Position numbers and translations under genes: made by a program. A model generated the notes under the pieces. That model ran no database searches. It saw only the letters and a list, made by a program, of their open reading frames with translations, and had not been told where the DNA came from. From a virus (lineage: Duplodnaviria > Caudoviricetes): DNA of 41,499 nucleotides. The stretch covers positions 1-41,499 of the IMG/VR virus record IMGVR_UViG_3300037761_000056, one strand, 5' to 3'. Positions 41,182 to 41,499 of the stretch are shown here, piece after piece. The first letter of the stretch is position 1; each line of letters starts with the position of its first letter.

Positions 41182-41499
41182 TCTCTTTCTCCTCTGGTAT
41201 TGCTTCGATTGCTTCAAGCAGCGTGGTCCCAGACGCGGTATGGTCTCTGTAATTTCCAGAATCACTTGAGCGCATCCGGAGCCAAATATCAGGCACAGAT
41301 TCTTCAATGCTGCGCCGAATAATCTCGAACCTTGCATTGCGCTCTAGGCAGATGGCGATTTTATCCAGCGCGGCGGCCTTTCGTTCCAGCTCAACGGCGC
41401 GTTCGAGGAAGCGGCGAACGACGTGGCGCTCCTCTCCATGTGCGTCGGGCGCATCTATGTGCCACCAACGGAATGCAGCAATCGCCTCGGCAGCCGTCA
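41174..41499 (-). CDS. hypothetical protein, start codon cut by the right edge
   Basis: Manual translation (n)TG-TAAEAIAAFRWW...EEKEND*. Confidence 0.5.
   Translation of the reverse strand, partial: TAAEAIAAFRWWHIDAPDAHGEERHVVRRFLERAVELERKAAALDKIAICLERNARFEIIRRSIEESVPDIWLRMRSSDSGNYRDHTASGTTLLEAIEAIPEEKEND

Overview
The window is a (near-)complete ~41.5 kb tailed phage genome of podovirus type, probably cut at an arbitrary point of a circular assembly. The + strand arm (3527-28480) holds terminases, lysis genes, portal, scaffold, major capsid, adaptor/nozzle/fibre genes, a GNAT and three DNA-ejection proteins. The - strand arm (3249 to 1, then 41499 to 28505) holds early genes, a PD-(D/E)XK nuclease, an AAA_24 ATPase, two SSB-like genes, an interrupted HNH, a ParB-HTH-DNA methyltransferase fusion, a UDG-PolA fusion and an amber-interrupted DUF3987-type helicase. 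I recognised no integrase, RNA polymerase or primase. Most interesting: (1) five copies of a parS-like 16-bp palindrome, four of them about 10.0-10.7 kb apart around the genome, next to a ParB-MTase with intact CTPase motifs, suggesting a site-loaded sliding methylase; (2) a D-armless tRNA-like RNA plus a second hairpin RNA behind one of two paralogous promoter-proximal genes; (3) a 300-bp AG/CT-depleted leader; (4) a template-switch-like 9-nt insertion in the UDG motif and His at PolA position 762. All family calls come from motifs recognised by eye, with no database searches.
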